Of a DNA stretch of 64,000 nt, positions 1 to 10,722 are shown piece after piece. The stretch is taken from assembly GCA_047617785.1 (NCBI GenBank), contig JBLGBK010000002.1:32001-96000 (forward strand), written 5' to 3'. Below the pieces are notes generated by a model. It was not told where the DNA came from. It was given only the letters and a program-made list of their open reading frames with translations, and made no database searches. Both the position numbers and the translations under genes were made by a program. The stretch's first letter is position 1; the number at the start of each line of letters is the position of its first letter. Source of the stretch: Colwellia polaris (lineage in GTDB: Archaea > Nanohalarchaeota > Nanosalinia > Nanosalinales > Nanosalinaceae).

Positions 1-3000
1 AGCACAGTTACCGCGATCGACTTCAATGGAAATAAATATCTGACAGGGAGCAACAACGGGAGGTTGGCAACATATGACGGAACAAACTGGAATCAAATTA
101 ACCAGAATAGTATAGGAACAGTTCATTCTATCAAGTGGGGAACCATAAACGGCGACTCATTTTGGCTTGTAGGCGGATCAAACGGAAATGTTCTGAAGGT
201 GCAAGAGGACGGTACCACGACCACACTCAGCACAGGATTTGGGAACTCGGTAAGCTCAATCGGTTACTCTGGAGATAACGAAAAATTCTTGCTAGGAGAT
301 GGAAACGGCAATGTAGCAAATTACACCTCAAACGGCCTCCAACAGACAAGCCAGAACGTATTCAGCAACTCTATAAGAACAATGATGTACAACCCAGCCT
401 CATCAAGAAAGAAGATGGGAGAACCTTCAGATCTAGACAACGACGACGAAGTAGAGGTCCCTATTGTAACAGAGGGATCAGACCTGGCTCTCATACCTAG
501 CTCAGGTTCAACTAACGTAATAGACTCAAGCTACGGAAGTGCAAAGGCTTCACCTCTAGGCACTGTTGACTGGACTGGAAACCCTTCAGAGGAAATCATC
601 CATATCAACACTAACTCCGACACACTATATCTTTCAGATATCAGCGGTAACGAACAATCAATAACCGACTCAGGAGAGAACCAAGTAACCGGAATAGAAC
701 AATCAACAGGAATATCCTCAGGCTCGATGCCCCAAGGAATACCTGTCCTCCAGATAAACGGACAGAAAGTACTGAACACCGGGGGTCAACCGCTCAATCC
801 AGACAACTGGACAATGATAACCGCCAAATATGACGCCTCAACAGAGTCGGCCGAACTTTACTTCAACTCGACACTCATTGACTCAAAGACCGTCAATCTG
901 GGAACAGTAAACCCGAATTCAAAAGACTTCAAGATAGCCAACGGAAAGCTTAACGCCACCATAGACGAAGTAAGAGTCTATAACGAATCTGTGACTTCAA
1001 GCCAAATAGACCGGCTATTCTTCAACGGAACTGATGGACAGTTCGATGGTGCCTACAACTCTACTATAGTAAATCCTGAAGGAAAGAAATCCTGGAGCCA
1101 ATTTATGATAGATGCCAATGAATCACCTGGTACCTCCGTTTCAGGTACAGTCTACTCTTTAGATGATGCTAATAATATCCTGAATGCCCAATCTATTACT
1201 ATCAATGACGGTAAAACTAACTACAGTATTTCAACTCTCCCAAATTCGAAGAAAATCAAGTTCTCATTCGACGGTTACAGCTCAGATATACAGAAGACCT
1301 GGGAGATTTTTGAGACACGTATATACTATGAAGACTCTCTAAAAGCAGGTAATATCACCAGTAGTGACTACAAAAACAAGCACAAGTTTAACATCTCAGC
1401 TACAGCCCGAGAAGCTGATTCAAACAGCAATATAAACGGATGTTCTGCCTATTATACCACTGATTCTCTCGAAGGTTATTTCGCAGTAGACGGAACGACT
1501 CTAAACTTAAGCTTTGGAAACGATAACCACGTCTCCTGTAACGCAACCATTGGTCCTGATCTAACTACCGTAGGCTACGGAGGAAGTAATTCTCCTCAGG
1601 CGACATTTAAGTTCAATTTCACGGATAACGACGGTTACACTGTCGGAACCATAAACCAGACAGAAACACTTCCGAACAACCAGCCAATCATCCTGAAAAC
1701 TAACCAGGAGGGCTCCTCAACAGACCACAGCTTCAATTTCTCAGCAGTAGCGAAGGATCAAGATGGTTCAGGAGACATCACCTCTTGCACAGTATACGCA
1801 GAGGACAATGATGGAAACCAGTATACAGCAAGTAATCTCAACACCTCATATGGAACCAGCACACAGGCATCATGTAACGCAACTATTTCGAGCTCCATAA
1901 ACGGTCTGGAAGTGGGAGAAGACATTCAGATGTACGCAGATTTCACCGATGTAGCAGGTACAACCTCATCGACCGCCATCTACACGCAGTCAATCCCTAA
2001 TCACAATCCAGAAATCGAGAGCGGTCCTAATCTTGAGAAAGTTTCAGGAGAACATGCCTTCAGCGTCTCAGCTGTAGCTTCGGACACTGATTCTGGAAGT
2101 TCTGAAATCAACTCATGCACAGTATACGCAGAAGATGGAGACGGAAACACCAAGGTTTTCTCAGGTTCAGGCCTTGTAGATCAAAGCTACGGAACAACAG
2201 ACCAGGCAAGCTGCAATACCTCCATAAGTAATTCTATAGAGAACTTCACTGTAGGGGAATCTATCACTGTTGACGTCAGCTTCTCTGATAAGCACGGAGC
2301 ACAGACAACAAACAACACTGGTACGAAAACAATACCTAACACGGCTCCAAGCAAACCCACAAACCTAAACATGACATACTTCCTACAAAACAACGCAGAT
2401 ATAAACCACGTAATAGACCACACACCAAAGATAAACTGGACCAATCCAACAGACCCAGAAGGAGACGCTATTACGATTAAAGCCTATACCGAGTCTTCAG
2501 CTAATCCTAACCAGCTGGACAACCAAACTAATTCAAGTTCAAGGCTAACTCTCGGGCAGAACATAGGTCTTAACGATGGAACCAGCTACAATGTAAGCCT
2601 TAGAGCATGCGATCCTTACAGCTGCAGCAACTACACCAACAACACAGAATTCACAATGAATGAAGAACCTTCTATCGAATCAGTAAGTCTGAATTACTCA
2701 AGCGTGACGGGAAGCGACTCTGTCAAACTGCAGGCAAACATTACCGACACAGACGATATTGACTCGGCGAACTACACATTATACAACCAGAGCTCGGGCG
2801 ACTTGATATATTCCAACAGTGAAGGGACTCTATCAGACCAGCTCTGGAACTCTGACTCCTTCGAAGTGCTCGCAGGAAACACTTACAACTGGACATTAAA
2901 GACCTCAGACGGATACCAAACAAGTAGCACAACAGGAACTTTCAGCGTATCAAACAGTCCTCCAGAAATACTTGAACCTCTTAATACTAGTGAATACTCC

Positions 3001-6000
3001 AATGCACATAAATTCAACGTATCAGCAGTAGCCTACGAACCTGATGGAGAAGTAAATATCAACAAATTCAACATAACACTTAATGATGGAGACGGAAACC
3101 AAGTCACATTCACAGAAAACGTGACAAAAAGCTACGGAAACAGTAGCGAAGTTGCAGCAAACTTCTCAAACGTAAACAGCTCGATTACCAGTGGATTTGA
3201 AATAAACGAAGAAATCAGCGTATCTATCAAATTCATCGACAAAGGTGGTAAAACAGCCTCGACCTCCGGAAACCAGAGAATACCGAACCAAGTTCCCGAG
3301 GTACCTCAGAACTTAAACATGACATACTTCCTACAAAACAACGCAGATATAAACCACGTAATAGACCACACACCAAAGATAAACTGGACTAATCCAACAG
3401 ACCCCGAGAATGATTCCGTAACCATCAAGGCTTATACAGGTCAGTCATCCCGCCCTACATCACCAGACAACAGCCTGAACCTGGGAAGCAACTACAGCAA
3501 CTCAGCAAGTCTAGACTTAGGTAACAGTGTAAGTCTAAGTGATGGAACCAGCTACAATGTAACTTTGATCGCATGTGATGATTACGGATGCAGCTCCAGA
3601 TCTGAAAATATAGAGTTCCACATGAACGAGGAACCAAACATAGAGAATACAGCACTCAACGACTCAAGCCCAACAGGAAGCGACTTCGTCAAACTACTAT
3701 CAAATGTGACAGATAACGAAGATTCAATTTCAGATGTTGCGTTTACGGTCTGGAATACAGATTCGAACAACAAAATAATTTCAAAGGAGCAGGGAGAGAA
3801 AATTGAGGGAGAATGGAATTCAAAAGAGTTTGAAGTCTTCGCATCCACCTCTTACAACTGGACAGTCAACGCAACAGACGGATACCAATACACTCTAGAC
3901 ACCGGAACCTTCAATGTCCCGAACAGCGGGCCTTCGATGGTATCAGGACCAAGCTTCCAGGACTATCAAGAAGGGCATAAATTCAACGTATCAGCAGTCG
4001 CAAAAGACGTTGACGGACAGGAAAACCTCGCCAACTACACAATACAGCTGGACGACGGAGAACAAACATATGAATATACAAAAGACGTGACCAGAAACTT
4101 TGGTAGCTCCAATGAGGTCGCAGCAAACTTCTCAAACGTAAACACCTCAATAGAAGGATTTGAAGTTGGAGAAACAATCTTCGTAACCTTAATATTCCGA
4201 GATAAATCTGGAGAAACCGCACAGAACTTTGAAAGTAATACTATACCCAACCATAAGCCCTCTTCAGCCTCAGAAATCAACATGGTAGAGCTACTAGAGC
4301 CGGGTACAGATCTACAGCACGTGATCGATCAGCAGCCAGAGATAAAATTTACAGCGCCCTCAGACCCTGACAAAGATAATATCACCTTCAGCATCTTCAC
4401 CGAATCCTCCTCTAACCCCTCACAACTAGACCGAGAAGTACTGATAACAGAAAATAACTACAGTAAAAGCCAGGAGATCGAGATAGGAAACCAGGTAAAC
4501 CTCAACGATGGAATTAGCTACAACTTCTCAGTTCAGGCCTGCGATCAATTCGGAAGCTGCACAACGAAAAGAAACATACAGGAGTTCCACACAAATCAGG
4601 AACCAACATTCAACTCTGTGGAGCTCAACAAATCAAGTTCAAATCTTGCAGATGGCGATAAAGTCCATCTTAAAGCCAATATTTCAGATGCAGAATCAGA
4701 TAGTATCGACTGGGCAAACTTCACAGTATACAATCAGACTGACAACGACAGACTAATCGACTCACTTAATGGATCAATAAACCAGAACGGAACCTGGATA
4801 TCAGATACATGGACCGTATCCACAGGAACGACCTACAACTGGACAGTCAACGCAACAGACGGATATGAAACCTCAGATACCTCAGGAACCTTCAAAACAA
4901 ACAATTCAAACCCCGAGATAGTTTCAGGACCAAGCTTCGATAATCTAGAAGGTAGACATGCCTTCGATGTGTCCGCAGTGGTCAGCGACGCAGACGGAGA
5001 AACAGATCTTGCAGATTATACGCTCATCCTAGAAGACGGAGACGGGAACCAGAAAACAATCGAGAAATCCATAACCAACACCGGTTATGGAAACTCAAAC
5101 GAAGCCACAATAAATTATTCAAGCGTGAACACTTCGATAAGCAACTTCCAAGTCAACGATGAGATACAGGCCACAATCACGGTAAGAGATACCTCAGGGG
5201 CTTCAGCCCAGACGCCGACAGAATCAAATACGATACCTAACACAGCTCCAAGCAAACCCACAAACCTAAACATGACATACTTCCTACAAAACAACGCAGA
5301 TATAAACCACGTAATAGATCAAACTCCGGAGATAAACTGGACTAATCCAACAGACCCCGAGAATGATTCCGTAACCATCAAGGCTTACACAGGACCTTCT
5401 CTGACGCCCACAAATCTCGACAACAGCATCTCAGGAGACAACAAGCTTTCGCTTGGACAAGAAGTCGAGATATTGGATGGGGATACCTACAATGTAAGAC
5501 TTCAGGCATGCGACCCCTACGAATGCAGCAGCTATACCAGCAATATCGAGTTCACAATGAACCAGGAACCTTTCATTGAAAGCGTGAAAGCTAACACCTC
5601 TCAAATAACTGGTTCAGACCAGATAAAGCTCGAAGCGAATATAACAGACAATCAAGACAGCATCAAGTGGGCAAACTTCACAGTATACAATCAGACTTCA
5701 GGAGAACTACTATTCCAGAACAAGAAAGGAACTCTAAACTCCGAACTCTGGACCTCAGAATCTTGGGAGACAAGATCTGACACGACCTACAACTGGACAG
5801 TCAACGCAACAGACGGATATCAGACAACCTATACTACCGGAACAATCACAGTAAACAACCAGCAACCAGACATAACAGATCTTTCCACAGAAAATTACCA
5901 AAATGGTCACAAGTTTAACATCTCAGCTACAGCAACAGATGCAGACGGTGCGATAAACATAGATCAATTCAATATAACATTAAGTGACGGAGACGGAAAC

Positions 6001-9000
6001 CACGAGGATATAAGGGCCTCAGTAAACCGCGACTTCGGAACTGAAAATCAGGCCGCACTCAATTACTCCAATATCAACGCTTCATACTTCCCTGACTTCG
6101 AAGTCGAGGAGACTCTCAGCATAGATGTAGAGGTTATCGACAGATCAGGAAGCTCATCAACATCATCTACAGAGAGCGCAATACCTAACCACGCGCCTAA
6201 CCTACCACAGAACCTTGAACTTGAAGTCGGAAACAAGAATTACGTGGTAAACCACAGCTTCAAGATCAATTGGACCGCACCCTCCGACAGCGATAACGAC
6301 AACCTCACAGTAAGGGCACACCTTGGAACCGATCAAGACCCGCTCACAGTAGAAAACAGCACCTCAATTACGCCGGGTAACTATGGAGAGGTAGACGAAC
6401 TTATCCTAGGAGGTAACAATGTTAATCTCCAGGACAACCAGGATTACAATATAGATCTGGTTGCGTGCGATAATTGGAGCTGTACATCTAGAGACACGAA
6501 TGCATCATTCCACATGAACCAAGAACCAAGGGTAGAATCAGTAAGACTCAATGAATCAGTAACAGAAGAAGCAGAATGGATCAAACTAATAGCGAATGTA
6601 ACACCAACAGACAATCCTATAAACGCAGCATTCTACGAAATCTGGAATCAGAGCTCACCACAACAACTTGTAGATGAAAAAATAGGATCAAGCGATGGAA
6701 AAACTTGGAATTCATCTAATTTCTACGGTAAATCGCTGCAGACCTACAACTGGACTTTCACAGCGAGCGACAGCTACGAAAACACAACATTAATGGACGT
6801 ATTCGACGTAGGGAACGCAGATCCAGAAATAACGAGAAGCATACAAACCTCAGACTTGAGCGATGAACACGGCTTCAATATCTCTATGAAAGTGAGAGAC
6901 CTAAACGGAGACAACGATCTCGCCAACTACACAGTAATAGCAGATGATGGAAACGGCAATACTCACCGCTACAAAGGAACATTCGCAGAAAATGGAGACG
7001 AATATGCATGGGCTAATTATTCGAACATAAACTCGAGTATTCCAGATTTTGAAGTAGGAGAAACGATATCTGTACAGATAATCGCAAGAGACCAGCATAA
7101 TCTGAAAGCATATTCTTCAACAGTATCGAACACAATACCTAATAGACAGCCTGTAATAACAGATATCAAACTGAAACCAGATAATCCTACGACAGAAGAC
7201 ACCCTGAACATCACCTATAAGGCCGAGGATCCAGAAAACGACACAATTACCAACAGCTTCTACGAATGGACCTCCAACTCATCCACCGTGTCCTCAAAGA
7301 TAGTCTCACCGACAGAAACTTCAAAAGACCAGCACTGGAATCTGAGTCTTCAGATAGTAGACGAGTACAACACATTAAGCCAAGAAAACACTTCACAGGA
7401 AACACTTGTAATCCAGAACTCTCCACCAGAAATCGCAAGAGCTCAAGAAGTAGAAAATGTAAGCAGAGAACATGCATACACAGTTTCAGCAATAGTTCAG
7501 GATCCAAATGGGGAAACAGACCTCGATGCCAACTGCGAAGTAACCGTAGAACATGAGACAAACAGCACAACAGCAACAAAGGCTATAGATACATCTTACT
7601 CCGGATCAGAAAAAGCCAAATGCGCCTACACAGTAAGCGCAGAAGATAAAAGCTGGATAAAACCAGGAGAAAAAGTAAACACAACCTTCAAGTTCACCGA
7701 TCAGAGCTCAGGAACTACAAGCACCAGTAAGAAGTCTGCAGAAGTTCCTAACAGAAAACCAAAAGTAACAGAACTAACAGCGCCATCTAACAACTCAGAA
7801 ACCAACAAGACAGAACTCAAATTTGATTGGAAAGCTCAGGACCCTGAGAAAGACAACCTAGAATACAAACTGAAAATATTCAATGAAACAGAAAATATAA
7901 TTACAGAAAAAGGTCTCACAAAGTCAGAAAAAGCTATTAGCAGCCTTCAGAGCTCAAATATAAAATGGCAGGTCACAGCCACAGATATCTACGGTGGGGA
8001 AACACTTTCATCTAGCACCTCCGAAAACTCAACAGTAGTTGTAGACTCAAAAGCTCCAGAAATTGTTGAAGGTCCAGCCATAGAGGTTATAAACTCTTCC
8101 AGAGATTACCCGCAACAAAATCAATCTGTAAAATGCTACTCGCGATGGCAGGACAACTTTGAACTAGGTAGCGCAAAAATATACGAAAACGCTACAGAGA
8201 CCAACCACACCATAACATCTAGCGACTTCAGTTCAGGATGGGCGAACGTAACAATCGCTGCAGGAGATCTAGAGGCCGGCAAGATAAGCTGCACCACCTA
8301 TGCTTCAGATCATCTCGACAATAAAGCATCAGACAGCAACACCTTCGAGGTAGAGGACATAGAGAAACCAAATATGACCGACTTCGATTACAGCCCTAAG
8401 ACTCCTGAAAAACTCGACCCCCAGAACCCTGTGGAAGTCAGCGCAAAGATAACCGACAACCTGAAGATAGAAAATGTTTCTCTTCTCTACCGTAAAGAAA
8501 ACGAGGAGAGCTGGAACTACGGCAACATAACGAATTCTGGAGATCTCTACACAGGAAACTTCACTCCTCAAACAGATAGTGCGACATACGACTTCAGACT
8601 CAAAGCTGTTGATACATATAATAACACCGAGGTTAGGAAAGCCTCCGTTAATGTAAGCTGGGATTATACCTGGAGCGGCTCACCTTCCGAATACAGCGGT
8701 TCAAGCACACTACAGGATAATTTAGTTGATTATACGCCGATAAAGATAGAGAATACTGGCGATTTCCCTCTCAAATACAACATAACTGCCGATACCGAAT
8801 CTAACCTGAACCTTAATATAGGAGATAGAGAATTTATCATCCCCTCCTCCGAATCAAAATCAATAAGTGTTGAAGCAAGTTTAGAAGAGAACAACGCTGA
8901 TGACGAAGGTATATACTCCTTCGATATAACTGTAAACTCTGAAAACACAACTGCTAACCCTTCACAGGGAACTATAGAAAGTCAGGCAACTTTCACTCTA

Positions 9001-10722
9001 GATGCCCCGTTCCTATCAATGGAGAAAGCTTCAAAATTCCCACTATCAGCATCGCAGGGAACAACAGGCGTTGAACTTCCTGTAGATACCACCAACGTAG
9101 GTACACAGTCAGCAGAAGGAGGCAGCATAAGCTACGAAATCCCAACCTCCTGGGAATTAAGCAGCGGAAACCTCAACCAAGAACTTGGAGATATGAATGT
9201 TGACGAGACAGAAACCTCGAGCATCAGTGTCAACATACCCGGAGATACTTCTACAGGAACTAAACAAATAAACATGACTGCAACCACCACAAACAGAACC
9301 TTTAGTCAAAGCTTCCAGATAGATATCACAGAGAATGAGACAACCACAATTGTCGAAGACGGTGGTGGAGGAGGCTTCGGAGGAGGTTCCGGCCCGACTT
9401 CACAAGAACAGGTTGAACAACGTTCAGATCAGATTTTCAACACCAGCGAAAGCTTTGAAATTGTAAGAGGAGAAGACCAGAACTTCACAGTTCGTTTCCA
9501 GAACCCTACAAAATTCAACCTCACCAATATAACCGCAAACGTTGAGGGAATCCAGTCTCAATACCTCCAACTAGAAAACCCATATCTTGGAAGAGTGAAT
9601 ATAAACGAATCAAAGAACATCACCGTGAAGATAACCGCCCCAGAATACTTCCAAACCGGCAATTACAACTTGAATTTCAACATCACCGGAAAAGGCATCG
9701 ACGGACAAGGCGCATTTGCAGACCATTTCGGTTTCACACTGAACAAGGATATATCTCTCGGAGTAAGAGCTATTCCACGACAGAATGCCTCCACCTACCT
9801 TAATGAAACCAAAGAAATTCTCAATCAGATGAATAGAAGCAACCTAAGAACAAGCGAGATTGAAGAGCTTATCAGCGAGGCAGAGAACAATATCGAATCC
9901 GGAAACTATGCAGAAGTGCAGAAAAGCTATCAAGAAGCACAGTCAAGATACCAGACTGCCCAAGAAACACGCCAAGGCCTGACAGAGCTTGAAAGCCAGA
10001 TTAATTCAGCTGAAGCATCAGGACTCGATGTCGGACGCGCTCGACAGGTCGCAAGCCTAGCAGAGGCAGCCATGGAAAGAGGTGCGTACACAACAGCTGC
10101 CGATAGGCTGGAGGAAGCTCAGAACATCTACCAGTTGGAGACTGCGGGAGAAGTTAACTGGATCTATGAGATCCGGTCCAATTGGAAGAAGATACTATCC
10201 GGACTAATCATAATAGGAATAGCCGGATTCTTGGCGCGACTAAGGTATCGACTCTACAGAATCAGAAGCAGACTGAAAGATCTCAAGTCAAAGGAGAAGA
10301 ACATAGAAGACCTCAAAATACAGAAACAGAAGAAAGCATTCGAAGAGAAAGATATCTCGCTTTCAGAATACGAGGATAGCATAGAGGACTACAACAACCA
10401 GATTATCGAAATAATCGAAGAACGTGTCGCATTACAGGCGGAAGAAGCTAATATAAGCAACTTCAAGAGACGCAACAGCCTAGCGCAGGAGAGAGATCGT
10501 CTCAACGAACTTATCAGAGAGACACAACAAGACTATATCAAAGGAAATATCAGCGACACAGACGTATATGAGAAGAAAGTTGAAGAGTTAACCGGCCGGC
10601 TTTCAGAGATTGAAGGAGAAATAGCGGAGATAGATGCAGAGGCAGAAGTAAGATCAGAGAGCCGCCTAGGTCGGATAATGGAGAAAATACCGATAATTTC
10701 AACAGGAGGTAAAGTGCAGTGA
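1..10722 (+). CDS. Giant membrane-anchored surface (adhesin-like) protein, 5'-truncated by the window edge; propeller-like repeats, LamG-like segment, many Ig/FN3-like repeats, Gly linker, coiled coil, one TM helix, cytoplasmic helical tail
   Basis: Frame is open from base 1 (STVTAIDFNGNKYLTGSNNGRL...), so the TTG at 64 is not the true start. LamG-like motif WTMITAKYD...IDEVRVYN (~750-1025), ~320-aa repeating units, abundant N-x-S/T sequons, GGGGGFGGGSG at ~9361-9393, hydrophobic ILSGLIIIGIAGFLA at ~10192-10236 followed by basic residues. Confidence 0.85.
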   Translation, partial: STVTAIDFNGNKYLTGSNNGRLATYDGTNWNQINQNSIGTVHSIKWGTINGDSFWLVGGSNGNVLKVQEDGTTTTLSTGFGNSVSSIGYSGDNEKFLLGDGNGNVANYTSNGLQQTSQNVFSNSIRTMMYNPASSRKKMGEPSDLDNDDEVEVPIVTEGSDLALIPSSGSTNVIDSSYGSAKASPLGTVDWTGNPSEEIIHINTNSDTLYLSDISGNEQSITDSGENQVTGIEQSTGISSGSMPQGIPVLQINGQKVLNTGGQPLNPDNWTMITAKYDASTESAELYFNSTLIDSKTVNLGTVNPNSKDFKIANGKLNATIDEVRVYNESVTSSQIDRLFFNGTDGQFDGAYNSTIVNPEGKKSWSQFMIDANESPGTSVSGTVYSLDDANNILNAQSITINDGKTNYSISTLPNSKKIKFSFDGYSSDIQKTWEIFETRIYYEDSLKAGNITSSDYKNKHKFNISATAREADSNSNINGCSAYYTTDSLEGYFAVDGTTLNLSFGNDNHVSCNATIGPDLTTVGYGGSNSPQATFKFNFTDNDGYTVGTINQTETLPNNQPIILKTNQEGSSTDHSFNFSAVAKDQDGSGDITSCTVYAEDNDGNQYTASNLNTSYGTSTQASCNATISSSINGLEVGEDIQMYADFTDVAGTTSSTAIYTQSIPNHNPEIESGPNLEKVSGEHAFSVSAVASDTDSGSSEINSCTVYAEDGDGNTKVFSGSGLVDQSYGTTDQASCNTSISNSIENFTVGESITVDVSFSDKHGAQTTNNTGTKTIPNTAPSKPTNLNMTYFLQNNADINHVIDHTPKINWTNPTDPEGDAITIKAYTESSANPNQLDNQTNSSSRLTLGQNIGLNDGTSYNVSLRACDPYSCSNYTNNTEFTMNEEPSIESVSLNYSSVTGSDSVKLQANITDTDDIDSANYTLYNQSSGDLIYSNSEGTLSDQLWNSDSFEVLAGNTYNWTLKTSDGYQTSSTTGTFSVSNSPPEILEPLNTSEYSNAHKFNVSAVAYEPDGEVNINKFNITLNDGDGNQVTFTENVTKSYGNSSEVAANFSNVNSSITSGFEINEEISVSIKFIDKGGKTASTSGNQRIPNQVPEVPQNLNMTYFLQNNADINHVIDHTPKINWTNPTDPENDSVTIKAYTGQSSRPTSPDNSLNLGSNYSNSASLDLGNSVSLSDGTSYNVTLIACDDYGCSSRSENIEFHMNEEPNIENTALNDSSPTGSDFVKLLSNVTDNEDSISDVAFTVWNTDSNNKIISKEQGEKIEGEWNSKEFEVFASTSYNWTVNATDGYQYTLDTGTFNVPNSGPSMVSGPSFQDYQEGHKFNVSAVAKDVDGQENLANYTIQLDDGEQTYEYTKDVTRNFGSSNEVAANFSNVNTSIEGFEVGETIFVTLIFRDKSGETAQNFESNTIPNHKPSSASEINMVELLEPGTDLQHVIDQQPEIKFTAPSDPDKDNITFSIFTESSSNPSQLDREVLITENNYSKSQEIEIGNQVNLNDGISYNFSVQACDQFGSCTTKRNIQEFHTNQEPTFNSVELNKSSSNLADGDKVHLKANISDAESDSIDWANFTVYNQTDNDRLIDSLNGSINQNGTWISDTWTVSTGTTYNWTVNATDGYETSDTSGTFKTNNSNPEIVSGPSFDNLEGRHAFDVSAVVSDADGETDLADYTLILEDGDGNQKTIEKSITNTGYGNSNEATINYSSVNTSISNFQVNDEIQATITVRDTSGASAQTPTESNTIPNTAPSKPTNLNMTYFLQNNADINHVIDQTPEINWTNPTDPENDSVTIKAYTGPSLTPTNLDNSISGDNKLSLGQEVEILDGDTYNVRLQACDPYECSSYTSNIEFTMNQEPFIESVKANTSQITGSDQIKLEANITDNQDSIKWANFTVYNQTSGELLFQNKKGTLNSELWTSESWETRSDTTYNWTVNATDGYQTTYTTGTITVNNQQPDITDLSTENYQNGHKFNISATATDADGAINIDQFNITLSDGDGNHEDIRASVNRDFGTENQAALNYSNINASYFPDFEVEETLSIDVEVIDRSGSSSTSSTESAIPNHAPNLPQNLELEVGNKNYVVNHSFKINWTAPSDSDNDNLTVRAHLGTDQDPLTVENSTSITPGNYGEVDELILGGNNVNLQDNQDYNIDLVACDNWSCTSRDTNASFHMNQEPRVESVRLNESVTEEAEWIKLIANVTPTDNPINAAFYEIWNQSSPQQLVDEKIGSSDGKTWNSSNFYGKSLQTYNWTFTASDSYENTTLMDVFDVGNADPEITRSIQTSDLSDEHGFNISMKVRDLNGDNDLANYTVIADDGNGNTHRYKGTFAENGDEYAWANYSNINSSIPDFEVGETISVQIIARDQHNLKAYSSTVSNTIPNRQPVITDIKLKPDNPTTEDTLNITYKAEDPENDTITNSFYEWTSNSSTVSSKIVSPTETSKDQHWNLSLQIVDEYNTLSQENTSQETLVIQNSPPEIARAQEVENVSREHAYTVSAIVQDPNGETDLDANCEVTVEHETNSTTATKAIDTSYSGSEKAKCAYTVSAEDKSWIKPGEKVNTTFKFTDQSSGTTSTSKKSAEVPNRKPKVTELTAPSNNSETNKTELKFDWKAQDPEKDNLEYKLKIFNETENIITEKGLTKSEKAISSLQSSNIKWQVTATDIYGGETLSSSTSENSTVVVDSKAPEIVEGPAIEVINSSRDYPQQNQSVKCYSRWQDNFELGSAKIYENATETNHTITSSDFSSGWANVTIAAGDLEAGKISCTTYASDHLDNKASDSNTFEVEDIEKPNMTDFDYSPKTPEKLDPQNPVEVSAKITDNLKIENVSLLYRKENEESWNYGNITNSGDLYTGNFTPQTDSATYDFRLKAVDTYNNTEVRKASVNVSWDYTWSGSPSEYSGSSTLQDNLVDYTPIKIENTGDFPLKYNITADTESNLNLNIGDREFIIPSSESKSISVEASLEENNADDEGIYSFDITVNSENTTANPSQGTIESQATFTLDAPFLSMEKASKFPLSASQGTTGVELPVDTTNVGTQSAEGGSISYEIPTSWELSSGNLNQELGDMNVDETETSSISVNIPGDTSTGTKQINMTATTTNRTFSQSFQIDITENETTTIVEDGGGGGFGGGSGPTSQEQVEQRSDQIFNTSESFEIVRGEDQNFTVRFQNPTKFNLTNITANVEGIQSQYLQLENPYLGRVNINESKNITVKITAPEYFQTGNYNLNFNITGKGIDGQGAFADHFGFTLNKDISLGVRAIPRQNASTYLNETKEILNQMNRSNLRTSEIEELISEAENNIESGNYAEVQKSYQEAQSRYQTAQETRQGLTELESQINSAEASGLDVGRARQVASLAEAAMERGAYTTAADRLEEAQNIYQLETAGEVNWIYEIRSNWKKILSGLIIIGIAGFLARLRYRLYRIRSRLKDLKSKEKNIEDLKIQKQKKAFEEKDISLSEYEDSIEDYNNQIIEIIEERVALQAEEANISNFKRRNSLAQERDRLNELIRETQQDYIKGNISDTDVYEKKVEELTGRLSEIEGEIAEIDAEAEVRSESRLGRIMEKIPIISTGGKVQ
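2344..5387 (+). repeat. Intragenic direct repeats with nucleotide-identical patches (three copies near 2344-2460, 3314-3434, 5245-5387)
   Basis: 76 bp identical 2366-2441/3314-3389; 74 bp identical 2344-2417/5245-5318; 57 bp identical 3378-3434/5331-5387. A separate 32-bp element occurs at 3853, 4834 and 5788. Confidence 0.9.

Noticed and set aside
64-66. TTG start proposed for the giant protein
   Set aside because: The frame is open back to base 1 with the same repeat type and no signal peptide follows; the real start is upstream of the window.
2344-5387. Repeats as a CRISPR array or DGR template/variable pair
   Set aside because: They are in-frame coding repeats 1-2 kb apart with no spacers, the differences are not adenine-specific, and no reverse transcriptase is present.
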